This document shows positions 10,854 through 21,043 of a stretch of 64,000 nt of DNA, in pieces. The notes under the pieces were generated by a model. It did not search any database and was not told where the DNA came from. It was given only the letters and a program-made list of their open reading frames with translations. Source of the stretch: an uncultured Candidatus Saccharibacteria bacterium (GTDB taxonomy: Bacteria; Patescibacteriota; UBA1384; XYA2-FULL-43-10; 1-14-0-10-43-13); contig CAYILA010000005.1 in the NCBI GenBank assembly GCA_964364265.1, forward strand, positions 6,418-70,417. The letters run 5' to 3'. Position 1 is the stretch's first letter; the number at the start of each line of letters is the position of its first letter. A program made the position numbers and the translations under genes.

Positions 10854-12253
10854 AAAGCAAAAGAATCATCATAATCGGGGCTGGTATCGCCGGACAATTG
10901 TTGGCCAGTAACATTAAAGAGCACCATCAAAAGATTAAGATCATCGGTTTTGTCGATGATGAAGATTACAAAGAAAGCAAGAATATTGGTAAAATTGCCG
11001 ATTTGCCCAAAATCGTCCGGAAGCATCGAGTCGAGGAATTAGTTATCGCCATTCCCTCCGCGAGCGGAGAATTAATCAGGAAGATATTACTGACAGTTAA
11101 AAACAGTACCGTGCCGATAAAGATTGTTCCCAGAGACCAGAGCGTGATCAGCTATGACAGAGTCGAATATTTTGATGTTAAAGATCTCGCCCAAGAAGAT
11201 TTTCTAGGCCGTCCCTTTATCAAGGGCGACATTCAGAAATTAAAATCTCATTTCCAAAATAAAACTATTTTGATTACCGGCGGCGCCGGCTCAATCGGAT
11301 CGGAAATAGTGCGTCAGCTTCTAAGTCTGGATGTCAAAAAAGTAGTAGTCTACGATAATTCAGAATTTCTGACTTTTAATCTGGATCAGAGTTTGCGTGA
11401 AAAGGAGATAAAGAAAGCCCGATACCATTTGATAATTGGTAATATTCTAGATGATGAAAAACTGGACAAAGTGGTAAAGACAGAGAAACCAGATCTCGTT
11501 TTTCATGCCGCCGCCTACAAACACGTCTATCTGATGGAGGACAATCCCGAGGAAGCGATTATGAATAATCTTGTCGGCACAAAGAGAGTCGTCGACATTG
11601 CGGTCAAAAATGAGGTCAAACATTTCGTTTTCATTTCAACTGATAAGGTTGTTAACCCCACCAGCATTATGGGCGCTACTAAAAAACTGGGAGAGTATTA
11701 TATCAAATTCGTCGAGAGGAAATCCAAAACAAAGTTTACTATTGTCCGGTTTGGAAATGTCATAAATTCAAACGGTTCGGTCCTGCCTCTTTTTGACCGA
11801 CAGATTCGAGAGAACGGTTATGTCACGGTGACGCATAAAGATATCAGAAGATATTTTATGTCTATCAGAGAGGCATCGCACTTGGTAATTACCAGCGCTT
11901 TCTATGACAAAAAGGGGAATGTCTACGTTCTTGATATGGGCGATCTGATTAATATCTACGAAGTGGCGAAGTGCTTGATTAGGAGCAAATCGCTAATTCC
12001 CGAAAAGGATATTGAAATCAGGTTTATTGGCCTTAAAAAAGGCGAGAAAATGATTGAAGAATTATTCACCAAAAAGGAGAGAGAAAATCTAGTCAAGACC
12101 GATATCGAGGATATTTTATGTTTGAAAAACTTTGGCGATTGTCCAAATAATATAGAACGGATTATTGCCAAACTGGAAAAGTTGATCTTCGGGAACAAAT
12201 CAAAAATCAGGTCATCCTTAATAAAAATATTTCCTTCATTATTGATTAAATAA
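10847..12253 (+). CDS. CapD/PglF/WbpM-type polysaccharide biosynthesis protein (UDP-sugar 4,6-dehydratase)
   Basis: ILITGGAGSIGSEIVRQLL ... FHAAAYKHVYLMEDNPEEAIMNNLVGTKRVVDIA ... FISTDKVVNPTSIMGATKKLGE are hallmark blocks of the FlaA1/CapD family. Confidence 0.8.
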   Translation: MLKSKRIIIIGAGIAGQLLASNIKEHHQKIKIIGFVDDEDYKESKNIGKIADLPKIVRKHRVEELVIAIPSASGELIRKILLTVKNSTVPIKIVPRDQSVISYDRVEYFDVKDLAQEDFLGRPFIKGDIQKLKSHFQNKTILITGGAGSIGSEIVRQLLSLDVKKVVVYDNSEFLTFNLDQSLREKEIKKARYHLIIGNILDDEKLDKVVKTEKPDLVFHAAAYKHVYLMEDNPEEAIMNNLVGTKRVVDIAVKNEVKHFVFISTDKVVNPTSIMGATKKLGEYYIKFVERKSKTKFTIVRFGNVINSNGSVLPLFDRQIRENGYVTVTHKDIRRYFMSIREASHLVITSAFYDKKGNVYVLDMGDLINIYEVAKCLIRSKSLIPEKDIEIRFIGLKKGEKMIEELFTKKERENLVKTDIEDILCLKNFGDCPNNIERIIAKLEKLIFGNKSKIRSSLIKIFPSLLIK

Positions 12254-12269
12254 CAAGAAAGGCGGGATA

Positions 12270-13589
12270 ATGATAAAGAAATTCTTAATAAAACAACTAG
12301 AGATATTGCCGTTCTGGATCTCGTTGCTAGTCATTATTCCAATTTCTTATTATACATTTCATTCCGATTTTATCATTCTCTCAAAACTAGCTCAAAAAAT
12401 AGCCGGCGGCAACCTTAACTTTTATGAAGATTTATATATTGGAGCGGCTAATTATCATGTCCCGATGCTGCCGCCCCTTCTTTGCCTAGTCGATGGTTTG
12501 GCCTACTATTTGGCTGAACGATTGGGATTAATAAACTTTGACTTTACCCTTATTTATCACACTCCCTTTATCCATTTATTACTGCTTAAAAGTCGTTATA
12601 TTATAATTTTTATTCTTTCATATTTTCTGGTTAATAAAGTCGCGCTTGTTTATACTAATCAAGATAAAAAGCTGTCGAGAAGGATCGCTAATTTATGGAT
12701 CGCCAGCCCAATACTGATTTATCTACCATTTGTTCAGGGTAACAATGATATTTATCCGGCGATTTTCAGTTTGATTTTTCTATTATTTGTTTTTCGCAAT
12801 AATTTTCTTCTGGCTATGATATTTCTTGGTTTAACAGCTGCCCTGAAAGGATATGCTCTTTTCCTGATTGTTCCGGTTGCTCTAATTCTGGCCGAAAAAA
12901 ATCTTAAAAAAACTTTACTTTATTGTCTAACTTCTGGACTAGCGTATTTTCTGCCAACTCTATTTTACCTTAAAGATGTTGTCTATTTTACTAGTGGAAA
13001 TAGTGAAAAATTTATGATGCTTAGCACCTCGATTCCTTCTTCTTTGGTATCATATTCAATATTTGCGATTGGTTATTTTCTTATTTTACTTTTTCTTTAT
13101 TATAATGATGAGAATATTGAAAATATAATTGATAACAAACACAAAACACTGTTGGTTTATTGTTTTCTTGTAATGTCACTTTTTTTTGTGACCGCTTTTT
13201 ATCCTCAATGGTTTCTTTGGATATTGCCCTTTTTTATTTTCTTAATTTATAAGAACAAAAAATTATACTCCATCTATATTCTGATTTGTTCAGCTTACCT
13301 TTCATTAACATACATAGGATATCCCGGTAATCTTGATATTTACCTTTGGAGAAAAATATTTCCATCAGGGCCAAAAGGCTATTATTTCCCCGTAGGAGCG
13401 GATGAAATTAAACAATTGTTGATGTTCAACGCCGGTCTTTTTATCTCCCTTTTGATCGCATTTATTTATTTTTTGTTAAAAGACAACAGAAAAGAAAAAA
13501 CAGATGATAAGTTTTCTGTGTATTTAAGCTATTTGCCAACGGCTATTCTTCTTTTAGCTATATATGCAGTCGCTTTGCTTTCCAAATAG
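12270..13589 (+). CDS. polytopic membrane protein (putative GT-C-fold glycosyltransferase)
   Basis: 439 aa, ~11-13 hydrophobic helices, no soluble domain. Glycan-locus context. Confidence 0.4.
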   Translation: MIKKFLIKQLEILPFWISLLVIIPISYYTFHSDFIILSKLAQKIAGGNLNFYEDLYIGAANYHVPMLPPLLCLVDGLAYYLAERLGLINFDFTLIYHTPFIHLLLLKSRYIIIFILSYFLVNKVALVYTNQDKKLSRRIANLWIASPILIYLPFVQGNNDIYPAIFSLIFLLFVFRNNFLLAMIFLGLTAALKGYALFLIVPVALILAEKNLKKTLLYCLTSGLAYFLPTLFYLKDVVYFTSGNSEKFMMLSTSIPSSLVSYSIFAIGYFLILLFLYYNDENIENIIDNKHKTLLVYCFLVMSLFFVTAFYPQWFLWILPFFIFLIYKNKKLYSIYILICSAYLSLTYIGYPGNLDIYLWRKIFPSGPKGYYFPVGADEIKQLLMFNAGLFISLLIAFIYFLLKDNRKEKTDDKFSVYLSYLPTAILLLAIYAVALLSK

Positions 13590-13670
13590 AGTTTGAATTT
13601 GAGTCAATACTTTGACCTTTTTGTGTGTTAGATTATATATGTCTGTTTACATTCCTTGAAAAAATAAAAA

Positions 13671-14972
13671 ATGGTAGCTAATATGCGAATATATTATTTA
13701 ATCGAAAGAATAATGTTTGTACAGGTGAAAAAAATAATCAAGTATGTATTTAGCAGGGAGATCAGAGTGCCAGTTCTGATTATTTTCATTGGTACAACAA
13801 TAAGAATTATTCTACTGCCTTTGGCGGCACATGGCGATACTTGGAGCGCTCTCCGCGGTGAGTATTACTGGATTAATTTTGGGATCTTTCGATTAAATCA
13901 ATTTCCAGAAGTTTTACAAGCGGTCTATTTGAGGCTAATTGATGCACCAATCCTACAATCAGCTCTCCCTTCTCTTTTCGATACCTTTTTCCCAATTCAG
14001 GGACTAGGAGGAGACGTACAAACGAAATTAGTTGCTAATCCGATGGCGATGAGGGTATTGTTTTTCTACAAGTTGCCTTATCTTTTATTCGATATGGGTT
14101 GTGTGTTTGTTTTATTCAAAATATTTACCCAAAAAAGAAACCGAATTATTGCGGCTTTATTGTGGGCATTAAATCCACTTGTTTTGCATTCTGTTTATAT
14201 GTGGGGACGCTATGAAATATTTTCGATACTATTTGTTTTGGTTGCGTTTTATTATGCTAAAGAAAACAAGGCGTTTTGGTCCGTACTATTGTTTGGATTG
14301 GCGGTGGCATTTAGGATGCCATTTATCTTAGTGTTGCCTTTACTGATAATTTATTTTAGTGACAATTGGAAAGATGGATTAAAGTATACAGTGCTGGGTT
14401 TACTACCACTTTTCATGGTTAACCAGTTAATGTCGTTTTTAGGACCGGATACCTCTGTATATTATAAGTCAGTGGGATTTTTTAATTTTTTTGCCTCTAC
14501 AGGACTTGTTGGTGATTTCGCCCCGGTGGGAATTAATTACCTAGTCTACCCGGTTATTATCTGTCTTTTTCTAAATGAAAAAAGAAAGGGAATTGGTTTT
14601 GTTAAATTAGTATATTTTGCTTTCACTATTTTCTTGACAACTTTCTCTTTTAGTTATTTCCATCCACAGTATGCAGCATGGTTGACTCCTTTTTTACTAA
14701 TCGCAGTAACTTTAAATCGAAAATTGATAATTCCATCAATTATATCTTTAATTTTACTCTATCTTTTAATTAATTACGGTCTGGGCGAGACGACCGGTCT
14801 CGGTCTTTTTTTGCCTTCAAGTGCGATAATTTCCCATTTGCCAAAATTTGAAGTATTGCCGTTTGACAACCAAATGAACACCACGGTAGTGTATAATCTT
14901 TTTATCATTGTCAATATGTATTTAATAGTAATGATGTATAAGGACAAAGACAGGAAAAACAGTGAAGTTTAA
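13671..14972 (+). CDS. polytopic membrane protein (putative GT-C-fold glycosyltransferase)
   Basis: 433 aa, many TM helices. Its architecture resembles the upstream gene. A candidate promoter (ttgacc-17nt-tatata-like) is upstream at ~13615-13650. Confidence 0.4.
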   Translation: MVANMRIYYLIERIMFVQVKKIIKYVFSREIRVPVLIIFIGTTIRIILLPLAAHGDTWSALRGEYYWINFGIFRLNQFPEVLQAVYLRLIDAPILQSALPSLFDTFFPIQGLGGDVQTKLVANPMAMRVLFFYKLPYLLFDMGCVFVLFKIFTQKRNRIIAALLWALNPLVLHSVYMWGRYEIFSILFVLVAFYYAKENKAFWSVLLFGLAVAFRMPFILVLPLLIIYFSDNWKDGLKYTVLGLLPLFMVNQLMSFLGPDTSVYYKSVGFFNFFASTGLVGDFAPVGINYLVYPVIICLFLNEKRKGIGFVKLVYFAFTIFLTTFSFSYFHPQYAAWLTPFLLIAVTLNRKLIIPSIISLILLYLLINYGLGETTGLGLFLPSSAIISHLPKFEVLPFDNQMNTTVVYNLFIIVNMYLIVMMYKDKDRKNSEV

Positions 14973-15627
14973 ACCACGCAATCTATTGATTTTATTTGCA
15001 GTCACATTACTATTGTGGCTTATTTACAATAAAGCAAGCTTCACGATGAAATTGAAAGACAACCCCGGTCGGACAATAAGTTCAGGAGATTTACTACAAC
15101 CTAACGGGGTAGATAGTATGGCTATTACCCCCCTTTATGATGGAATTGTAACTATGGTTTTTACACCTCATCGTCCTTATTACTTAAGAGGCGAGGACGA
15201 AAGTAAGCTGAATGTGGAAATGATATGCTATTCATCAGATAACAAAATTATTGATCAGTTCAATACCTCAATACCTGTAAGTAAGATAATAGCGACAGAA
15301 AATCAAAAATTGAAAACTGACACTATTTTAACCTATAAACTTAATATTGATCCCCAACTTGACTGTAAAGGGAAAGAGACGATTGTGAAATTTACTGCTA
15401 CTACACCAGGAACTGCCATAGCTCCTGATGAATACTTATCAGTATCCACAAGTGATAGTAATTTCCCTTTCTACTATAATCGTGTTTATTTGAAAGATAT
15501 ATTGCAAGAGATTAACCAGAACTTAAAAGGAGATAATAAATTCAGAGTACTATATTATTGGTCAGTCGTGATAAGTCTACTACCAATAATATTATTTTCT
15601 CTTTTTGAAACCAAGAAAATAGAATAA
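14962..15627 (+). CDS. hypothetical protein with N- and C-terminal TM anchors
   Basis: 221 aa with hydrophobic N- and C-termini and a soluble middle. Confidence 0.3.
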   Translation: MKFKPRNLLILFAVTLLLWLIYNKASFTMKLKDNPGRTISSGDLLQPNGVDSMAITPLYDGIVTMVFTPHRPYYLRGEDESKLNVEMICYSSDNKIIDQFNTSIPVSKIIATENQKLKTDTILTYKLNIDPQLDCKGKETIVKFTATTPGTAIAPDEYLSVSTSDSNFPFYYNRVYLKDILQEINQNLKGDNKFRVLYYWSVVISLLPIILFSLFETKKIE

Positions 15628-15684
15628 ACTATGTAGCGCGAAATCTTGTTCGATGAAAATTGAATGTTTTAATTTGTAATAATT

Positions 15685-16575
15685 ATGCCGAAGAAAAAAG
15701 TTAAGAGTAGCAAAATTAAAGTTGGAATATTGGGTACCGGCAATATTGGGACAGATCTTCTAGTCAAACTCCAGCGATCAAGAATTTTGGAGTGCGGTAT
15801 GTTCTCCGGACAAAACCCGGATTCTTCCGGTATTAAAAAAGCACGGTCAATGGGAGTTAAAACCTCCCTTGATTCAATCCAGGCCTTTGTAAATAAGCCA
15901 GATTGTTGTGAAATAGTGATTGACGCAACCTCGGCTCGAGCTCATTTTATTCACGCGCCTATCTTAAAAAAACTAAAGAAGTTTACTATTGATCTGACTC
16001 CTTCGCAAATCGGCAAGGCCTGCATTCCGGTCCTGAATATGAAGGAATGTTTAGAAGAGGATAATGTTAATCTAATTACATGCGGCGGTCAATGTGCGGT
16101 GCCGATTGCTTGCGCTATCACCCGAGTTCATCCGGAAATCGAATATATTGAAGTGGTGGCTTCTATCGCTTCTCTCTCTGCCGGTCGAGGAACCAGAGCC
16201 AATATTGATGAATTTACACAAGCCAGTAAGGACGCGATAAAAATATTTTCTGGTGTTTCGAGGGCCAAAGCGATTATCATATTAAATCCGGCCATCCCAC
16301 CGATTTTAATGCATAATACTGTTTATGCTTTAGTTAAAGAGCCAAAACTAAAGCAAATTAAGAAAGAGATTGATAAGATTACGAATTTGATTAAGGAATA
16401 TGTTCCCGGTTATACAATTACTTTAGGTCCGATTATGGAAAGCGGCCGATTGACAGTCATGATCGAGGTTACTGGCAAAGGCGATTTTTTGCCAAAATAC
16501 TCCGGAAATTTAGATATTGTGACCAGCGCCGCGATCAAGGTTGCCGAGGAGTATGCCAAAGCAAAGTTGATGTAA
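15685..16575 (+). CDS. acetaldehyde dehydrogenase (acetylating), DmpF/MhpF family
   Basis: KVGILGTGNIGTDLLVKL N-terminus and the CGGQCAVPIACAI catalytic-Cys region match DmpF-type enzymes; 296 aa. Confidence 0.8.
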   Translation: MPKKKVKSSKIKVGILGTGNIGTDLLVKLQRSRILECGMFSGQNPDSSGIKKARSMGVKTSLDSIQAFVNKPDCCEIVIDATSARAHFIHAPILKKLKKFTIDLTPSQIGKACIPVLNMKECLEEDNVNLITCGGQCAVPIACAITRVHPEIEYIEVVASIASLSAGRGTRANIDEFTQASKDAIKIFSGVSRAKAIIILNPAIPPILMHNTVYALVKEPKLKQIKKEIDKITNLIKEYVPGYTITLGPIMESGRLTVMIEVTGKGDFLPKYSGNLDIVTSAAIKVAEEYAKAKLM

Positions 16576-16673
16576 TATTGAAAAATATCCGCTAATTAAT
16601 CTTGCACCTGCCTTCGCCGGGATGACGCAGAAAAGGACAGAGATAGGGAGCGGCGGACGTAATAAAAACCATT

Positions 16674-17705
16674 ATGAAAACTAAACAAAATCAGAAATTA
16701 TTGTTCTTTGACTCCACTCTTCGTGACGGATCTCATGCTATTGCTCATCAATTAAGCCAGCAAAATATTCGTGACTACTGTAAAGTGATCGATCAAGCCG
16801 GTCTGGAGGTAGTGATAGTCGGTCACGGCAATGGACTAGGCGCTTCTTCGCTTCAGGTCGGACTGTCTGCTTTGACCGATCGCGTAATGTTGAAAACGGC
16901 TCGTCGCGAGCTTAAGCGAACCAAGTTGGGAGTATATTTAATTCCCGGTTTCGGGACAATAAAAGATGATCTTGACCCAGTTCTGAAGATTGGCGTGGAT
17001 TTAGTTTGTGTCGGTTGCCACTGTACCGAGGCCGATACAACCTATCAGCATATTGGTTATGTTCGAGCGGCCGGCAGGGAGGCCTACGGGGTCCTAATGA
17101 TGTATCATATGGTGACTAAGGAGGTAGTGCTAAAGGAAGCGCTAAAAATGCAGGAGTATGGAGCGCAAGGGGTTATCTTAATGGATTCAGCCGGCGCTTC
17201 TACTCCGCAAATGGTCAAAGAGACAGTTCAATTGCTGGTTGATAAGCTTAATGTGAGGGTAGGTTTTCATGCTCATAATAATCTAGCGCTAGCAGTTTCG
17301 AATTCAGTTCTTGCTTTAGAAGCCGGCGCAACTATAATTGATGGTACCGCTCGGGGTTTTGGCGCCGGCGCCGGCAATTGTCCGCAGGAGGTCTTGGTCG
17401 GCTTACTTACAAAAATTGGAATTAAAACCGGTCTTGACCTATATAAATTAATGGATGCCAGTGATCTCATTGCCACTATCCAACTTAAACCGCAAGAGAT
17501 ATCTTCAGAAAGCTTATCGAGCGGTTTGTCCGGAGTATTTTCGGCGTTTGGACCCCATGTTAAGCGAGCGGCGGAGAAATTTAAAGTCGATCCGCGAGAT
17601 ATTTTCGAAGAGCTTGGCCGTCGCAAAATGGTAGCCGGTCAAGAAGATTTTATAGTGGACATCGCCGTTAAACTGGCTAAACAACAGGGAAAACATCAAT
17701 CATGA
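16674..17705 (+). CDS. 4-hydroxy-2-oxovalerate aldolase-like (DmpG/MhpE, HMGL-like class II aldolase)
   Basis: FFDSTLRDGSHAIAHQLS and VIVGHGNGLGASS match the DmpG TLRDGxHA and HGxGL motifs. It is adjacent to its usual partner, the DmpF-like gene. Confidence 0.8.
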   Translation: MKTKQNQKLLFFDSTLRDGSHAIAHQLSQQNIRDYCKVIDQAGLEVVIVGHGNGLGASSLQVGLSALTDRVMLKTARRELKRTKLGVYLIPGFGTIKDDLDPVLKIGVDLVCVGCHCTEADTTYQHIGYVRAAGREAYGVLMMYHMVTKEVVLKEALKMQEYGAQGVILMDSAGASTPQMVKETVQLLVDKLNVRVGFHAHNNLALAVSNSVLALEAGATIIDGTARGFGAGAGNCPQEVLVGLLTKIGIKTGLDLYKLMDASDLIATIQLKPQEISSESLSSGLSGVFSAFGPHVKRAAEKFKVDPRDIFEELGRRKMVAGQEDFIVDIAVKLAKQQGKHQS

Positions 17706-19498
17706 ATATAGCGGATTTTATTTTTAAGTTTTTGACCGATAAAGGAGTTGACACTGTCTTTATGATTTCCGGTGGTCAGGCGATGTTTTTGAATGATGCG
17801 GTCTGTCGAAACAAAAAACTAAAGCAGGTAATCTGTAATCATCATGAGCAGGCTGCCGGTATGGCGGCCGATGCTTACGGCCGGATTACAGGAAAAGTTG
17901 CTGTGGCTTTAGTAACCGCCGGTCCCGGTTCGATTAATATTACCAATGGTTTGGTTGGCGGTTGGACAGATTCAGCCCCCATGATTGTCATCTCCGGACA
18001 ATCTAACTTATCGTGTGTTCAGTATCAAGAGAAAAACCCGATTAGGCAGTATGGTATTCAGGGAATAAATATTAGACCTTATGTCGAAAAAGCGACAAAA
18101 TTTTTTGCGACCGTCGATGATCCGAAAAAAATATTATATTATTTACAGAAGGCCTATCACCTCGCTTTGTCAGGTCGACCGGGTCCGGTTTGGCTTGATG
18201 TTCCGCTTGATATTCAAAAGATGGAGGTACAAAAGGGCCGACTCAAAGAATATATCATCCAAAATGACGAGATAAAGTCTGACCAACTTAAAAAAGAGGT
18301 AAGAGAAACCTTAAAACTTCTAAAATCGTCAAAGAGACCGATTTTATTGGTGGGACAGGGGGTTCGGTTGGCGGGAGCGGTGCCAGAGTTTGCAAAATGT
18401 GTCAAAAACCTAAATATTCCGGTTCTAACCTCGCGACTTGGAATCGATTTGATTAACAGCGATAATCCGCTCTATGTCGGCCGACCGGGAAATTATGGCG
18501 AACGCTCGGCCAATTTGGCAGTTCAAAATGCCGATTTAATCATTAGTGTCGGTTGCCGGTTAGCTTCAGCTTTAGTCGGTCATAATCCGAAAAGTTTTGG
18601 CAAACATGCTAAAAAGGTCGTTGTGGACGTTGACCAAGAAGAGCTCAACAAGCCGGGAGTGGAAATCGATTATAAAATTCGGTGCGACGCTAAACGATTT
18701 TTCGCCGAACTATTGAATCAGAGCGCGAAAGTATCAGGAAAAAACAACTCTAAGTGGATTTCAAAATGTAACGACTGGAAAAATCGTTATCCGGTAGTTC
18801 AAGCTGAATATAAAAACGAGAAGCCGGTTAACTCTTATTATTTTAGTGAAAAGCTTTCAAAACTGGCTGATAAAGACGATACGATAATCGTTGACACCGG
18901 CACCTGTTTTCATGTTGTTTGCCAGGTATGGAAGATTAAAAAGGGGCAGCGTTTCTTGACTACCGGCGGTTTATCGTCAATGGGCTGGTGGGTCGCGGGG
19001 ACGGGCGCTTGTTTGGCCAATAACAAAAAAAGGACGATTGTTGTGACTGGAGACGGTAGTTTACAAATGAATATACAGGAATTCGCGACCATAAAACATC
19101 ATAAACTTCCAATCAAAATTTTTATTTTTAATAATAACGGCTACCTTCTAATCCGGCATACCCAAAAAAACTTTTTAGATGGTCGATTATTTGCCGAGGG
19201 ACCAAAATCAGGTGTTTGGTGTCCCGATTCATTGAAGATTGCTAAAGCATACGGCATTAAAGGGGTTAGAATCAACTCGGTTAATGAAGTTGAGAGGAAA
19301 ATCAAAGAAGTGCTTGAGTATAATGGTCCGGTAATTTGTGATGTCATGACTCCGGAGTGGCAATTGATTATTCCTCGGGTTTCTTCAGATAAGTTGGCCG
19401 ACGGAACACTCGTCTCCAAACCGTATGAGGACATGTTTCCGTACTTGGATCGCAAGATTCTTAAAAAGGAGATGGTTGCTGAAATAGAAAAAGAGTAG
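17702..19498 (+). CDS. thiamine-diphosphate-dependent enzyme, acetolactate-synthase large-subunit-like (three-domain)
   Basis: N-terminal block HHEQAAGMAADAYGRITGKVAVALVTAGPGSINITNGLVGGWTDSAPMIVISGQ and C-terminal ThDP-binding block VVTGDGSLQMNIQEFATIKHHKLPIKIFIFNNNGY (GDG...NN motif). Confidence 0.8.
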   Translation: MNIADFIFKFLTDKGVDTVFMISGGQAMFLNDAVCRNKKLKQVICNHHEQAAGMAADAYGRITGKVAVALVTAGPGSINITNGLVGGWTDSAPMIVISGQSNLSCVQYQEKNPIRQYGIQGINIRPYVEKATKFFATVDDPKKILYYLQKAYHLALSGRPGPVWLDVPLDIQKMEVQKGRLKEYIIQNDEIKSDQLKKEVRETLKLLKSSKRPILLVGQGVRLAGAVPEFAKCVKNLNIPVLTSRLGIDLINSDNPLYVGRPGNYGERSANLAVQNADLIISVGCRLASALVGHNPKSFGKHAKKVVVDVDQEELNKPGVEIDYKIRCDAKRFFAELLNQSAKVSGKNNSKWISKCNDWKNRYPVVQAEYKNEKPVNSYYFSEKLSKLADKDDTIIVDTGTCFHVVCQVWKIKKGQRFLTTGGLSSMGWWVAGTGACLANNKKRTIVVTGDGSLQMNIQEFATIKHHKLPIKIFIFNNNGYLLIRHTQKNFLDGRLFAEGPKSGVWCPDSLKIAKAYGIKGVRINSVNEVERKIKEVLEYNGPVICDVMTPEWQLIIPRVSSDKLADGTLVSKPYEDMFPYLDRKILKKEMVAEIEKE

Positions 19499-19516
19499 GT
19501 TGTTAATCTCTAAAAT

Positions 19517-21043
19517 ATGCAAAGGAATACAATGTCGCAGGTATTAAAAAATATTTCCGCAAAGAAATTACTCAAGTTGGCTCTTAAACATCAGGAAGGT
19601 CGTATCTCTCAAACCGGAGCTTTAGTAGTGGAAACCGGAGTTTATACCGGCAGGTCGCCGAATGATCGGTTTATTGTTAAAAATCATCAAAGCCAGAAAG
19701 AAATCAACTGGGGCAAAGTAAATCAGCCAATTGCAAATTATGATTTTCAACGATTACATAGGAAGATTTTATCTTATTTGAAAAAACTTGAGCAAATTTA
19801 TCAGACCGATGGCTGGGTCTGCGCCGATCCTTCTGACCGAATATCGGTTCGGGTGATCTCGGAGTTTGCTTATCAAGCGCTATTTGCCCGTCATATTCTA
19901 AGGAACGGTCGAACAGAGGAGCTTTTGAACAGAAAGCCCGATCTAACGATTTTAGTTGCCCCGAATATCAAGGCCAATCCAAAGGCGAACGGGACAAACT
20001 CGGAGGCCTTTGTCATCATTAATCTGGAAAAGAAGTTAGTCATAATCGGCGGAACCAAATATGCCGGCGAGATTAAAAAATCAATTTTTTCATATCTCAA
20101 TTATGTTTTACCGCAAAAAAATGTCTTTCCAATGCACTGTTCGGCAAATATTGGCAAAGATGGCAGATCGGCTTTATTTTTCGGTCTGTCAGGCACTGGC
20201 AAAACCACTCTATCATCTGATTTGAATCGAAATTTAATTGGCGATGATGAGCATGGTTGGTCTAAGAAGGGTATTTATAATTTTGAGGGTGGTTGTTACG
20301 CAAAATGCATCAATTTGAGCAAGGAAAAAGAACCGCAGATTTTTAATGCAATCCGTGACGGCGCGGTGGTCGAAAATGTGGTTATGGACACCAAGGGGGA
20401 ACTTGATTTTGACGATGGCAGTTTAGCCGAGAATACTCGTGTTGCCTATCCATTAAACTATATTAGTAACTATCAACGCTCTGGCGCAGGAGGTCATCCT
20501 ACAAATATCATCTTCTTAACTGCTGACGCTACCGGGGTTCTTCCAGCCGTGGCTCGTCTAGATTACAACGAGGCAATCTATTATTTTCTTTCTGGTTATA
20601 CATCCAAGCTGGCCGGGACCGAGAGGGGGATTATCAAGCCGATACCAACTTTCTCTGCCTGTTTCGGCGCTCCTTTTATGCCGCTTAAACCCGAGGTTTA
20701 TGCCGAACTTCTAAAGAATAAATTGATTAAGCATCAGCCGAGTGTCTTTTTAGTCAATACCGGTTGGTTTGGCGGGCCTTACGGAATCGGCCAAAGAATC
20801 AGTATTCAAGAGACCAGAAGAATTGTATCAAAAATATTAGGCAACCGGCTCAATAATCTAGTCTTTGAGAAAGAGCCGATATTTGGCTTAAGTGTGCCAA
20901 CAAAAATTGAGAAAATAGATGAAAAGCTATTAAAACCGCGATTCGGTTGGAGTGATCCGCCGGCATATGACCGGCAGGCGAAGAAGCTCAAAAAATTATT
21001 TGTCGAAAACGCCAAACCATTTAATCAATTTGGTCAAAAATGA
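19517..21043 (+). CDS. pckA: phosphoenolpyruvate carboxykinase (ATP)
   Basis: TGRSPNDRFIV, FFGLSGTGKTTLS (kinase-1a) and GDDEHGW motifs of ATP-type PEPCK. The real start is probably MSQVLK at ~19532. Confidence 0.8.
   Translation: MQRNTMSQVLKNISAKKLLKLALKHQEGRISQTGALVVETGVYTGRSPNDRFIVKNHQSQKEINWGKVNQPIANYDFQRLHRKILSYLKKLEQIYQTDGWVCADPSDRISVRVISEFAYQALFARHILRNGRTEELLNRKPDLTILVAPNIKANPKANGTNSEAFVIINLEKKLVIIGGTKYAGEIKKSIFSYLNYVLPQKNVFPMHCSANIGKDGRSALFFGLSGTGKTTLSSDLNRNLIGDDEHGWSKKGIYNFEGGCYAKCINLSKEKEPQIFNAIRDGAVVENVVMDTKGELDFDDGSLAENTRVAYPLNYISNYQRSGAGGHPTNIIFLTADATGVLPAVARLDYNEAIYYFLSGYTSKLAGTERGIIKPIPTFSACFGAPFMPLKPEVYAELLKNKLIKHQPSVFLVNTGWFGGPYGIGQRISIQETRRIVSKILGNRLNNLVFEKEPIFGLSVPTKIEKIDEKLLKPRFGWSDPPAYDRQAKKLKKLFVENAKPFNQFGQK

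Noticed and set aside
16576-16673. tRNA or other small RNA genes in intergenic spacers (16576-16673, 42650-42882, 53606-53724, 55450-55664, 56367-56659)
   Set aside because: No cloverleaf-compatible sequence or T-loop consensus (GTTCRANYC) was found by eye in any of these spacers. The hairpins there are better explained as terminators or repeat elements. No rRNA-like sequence is present either.
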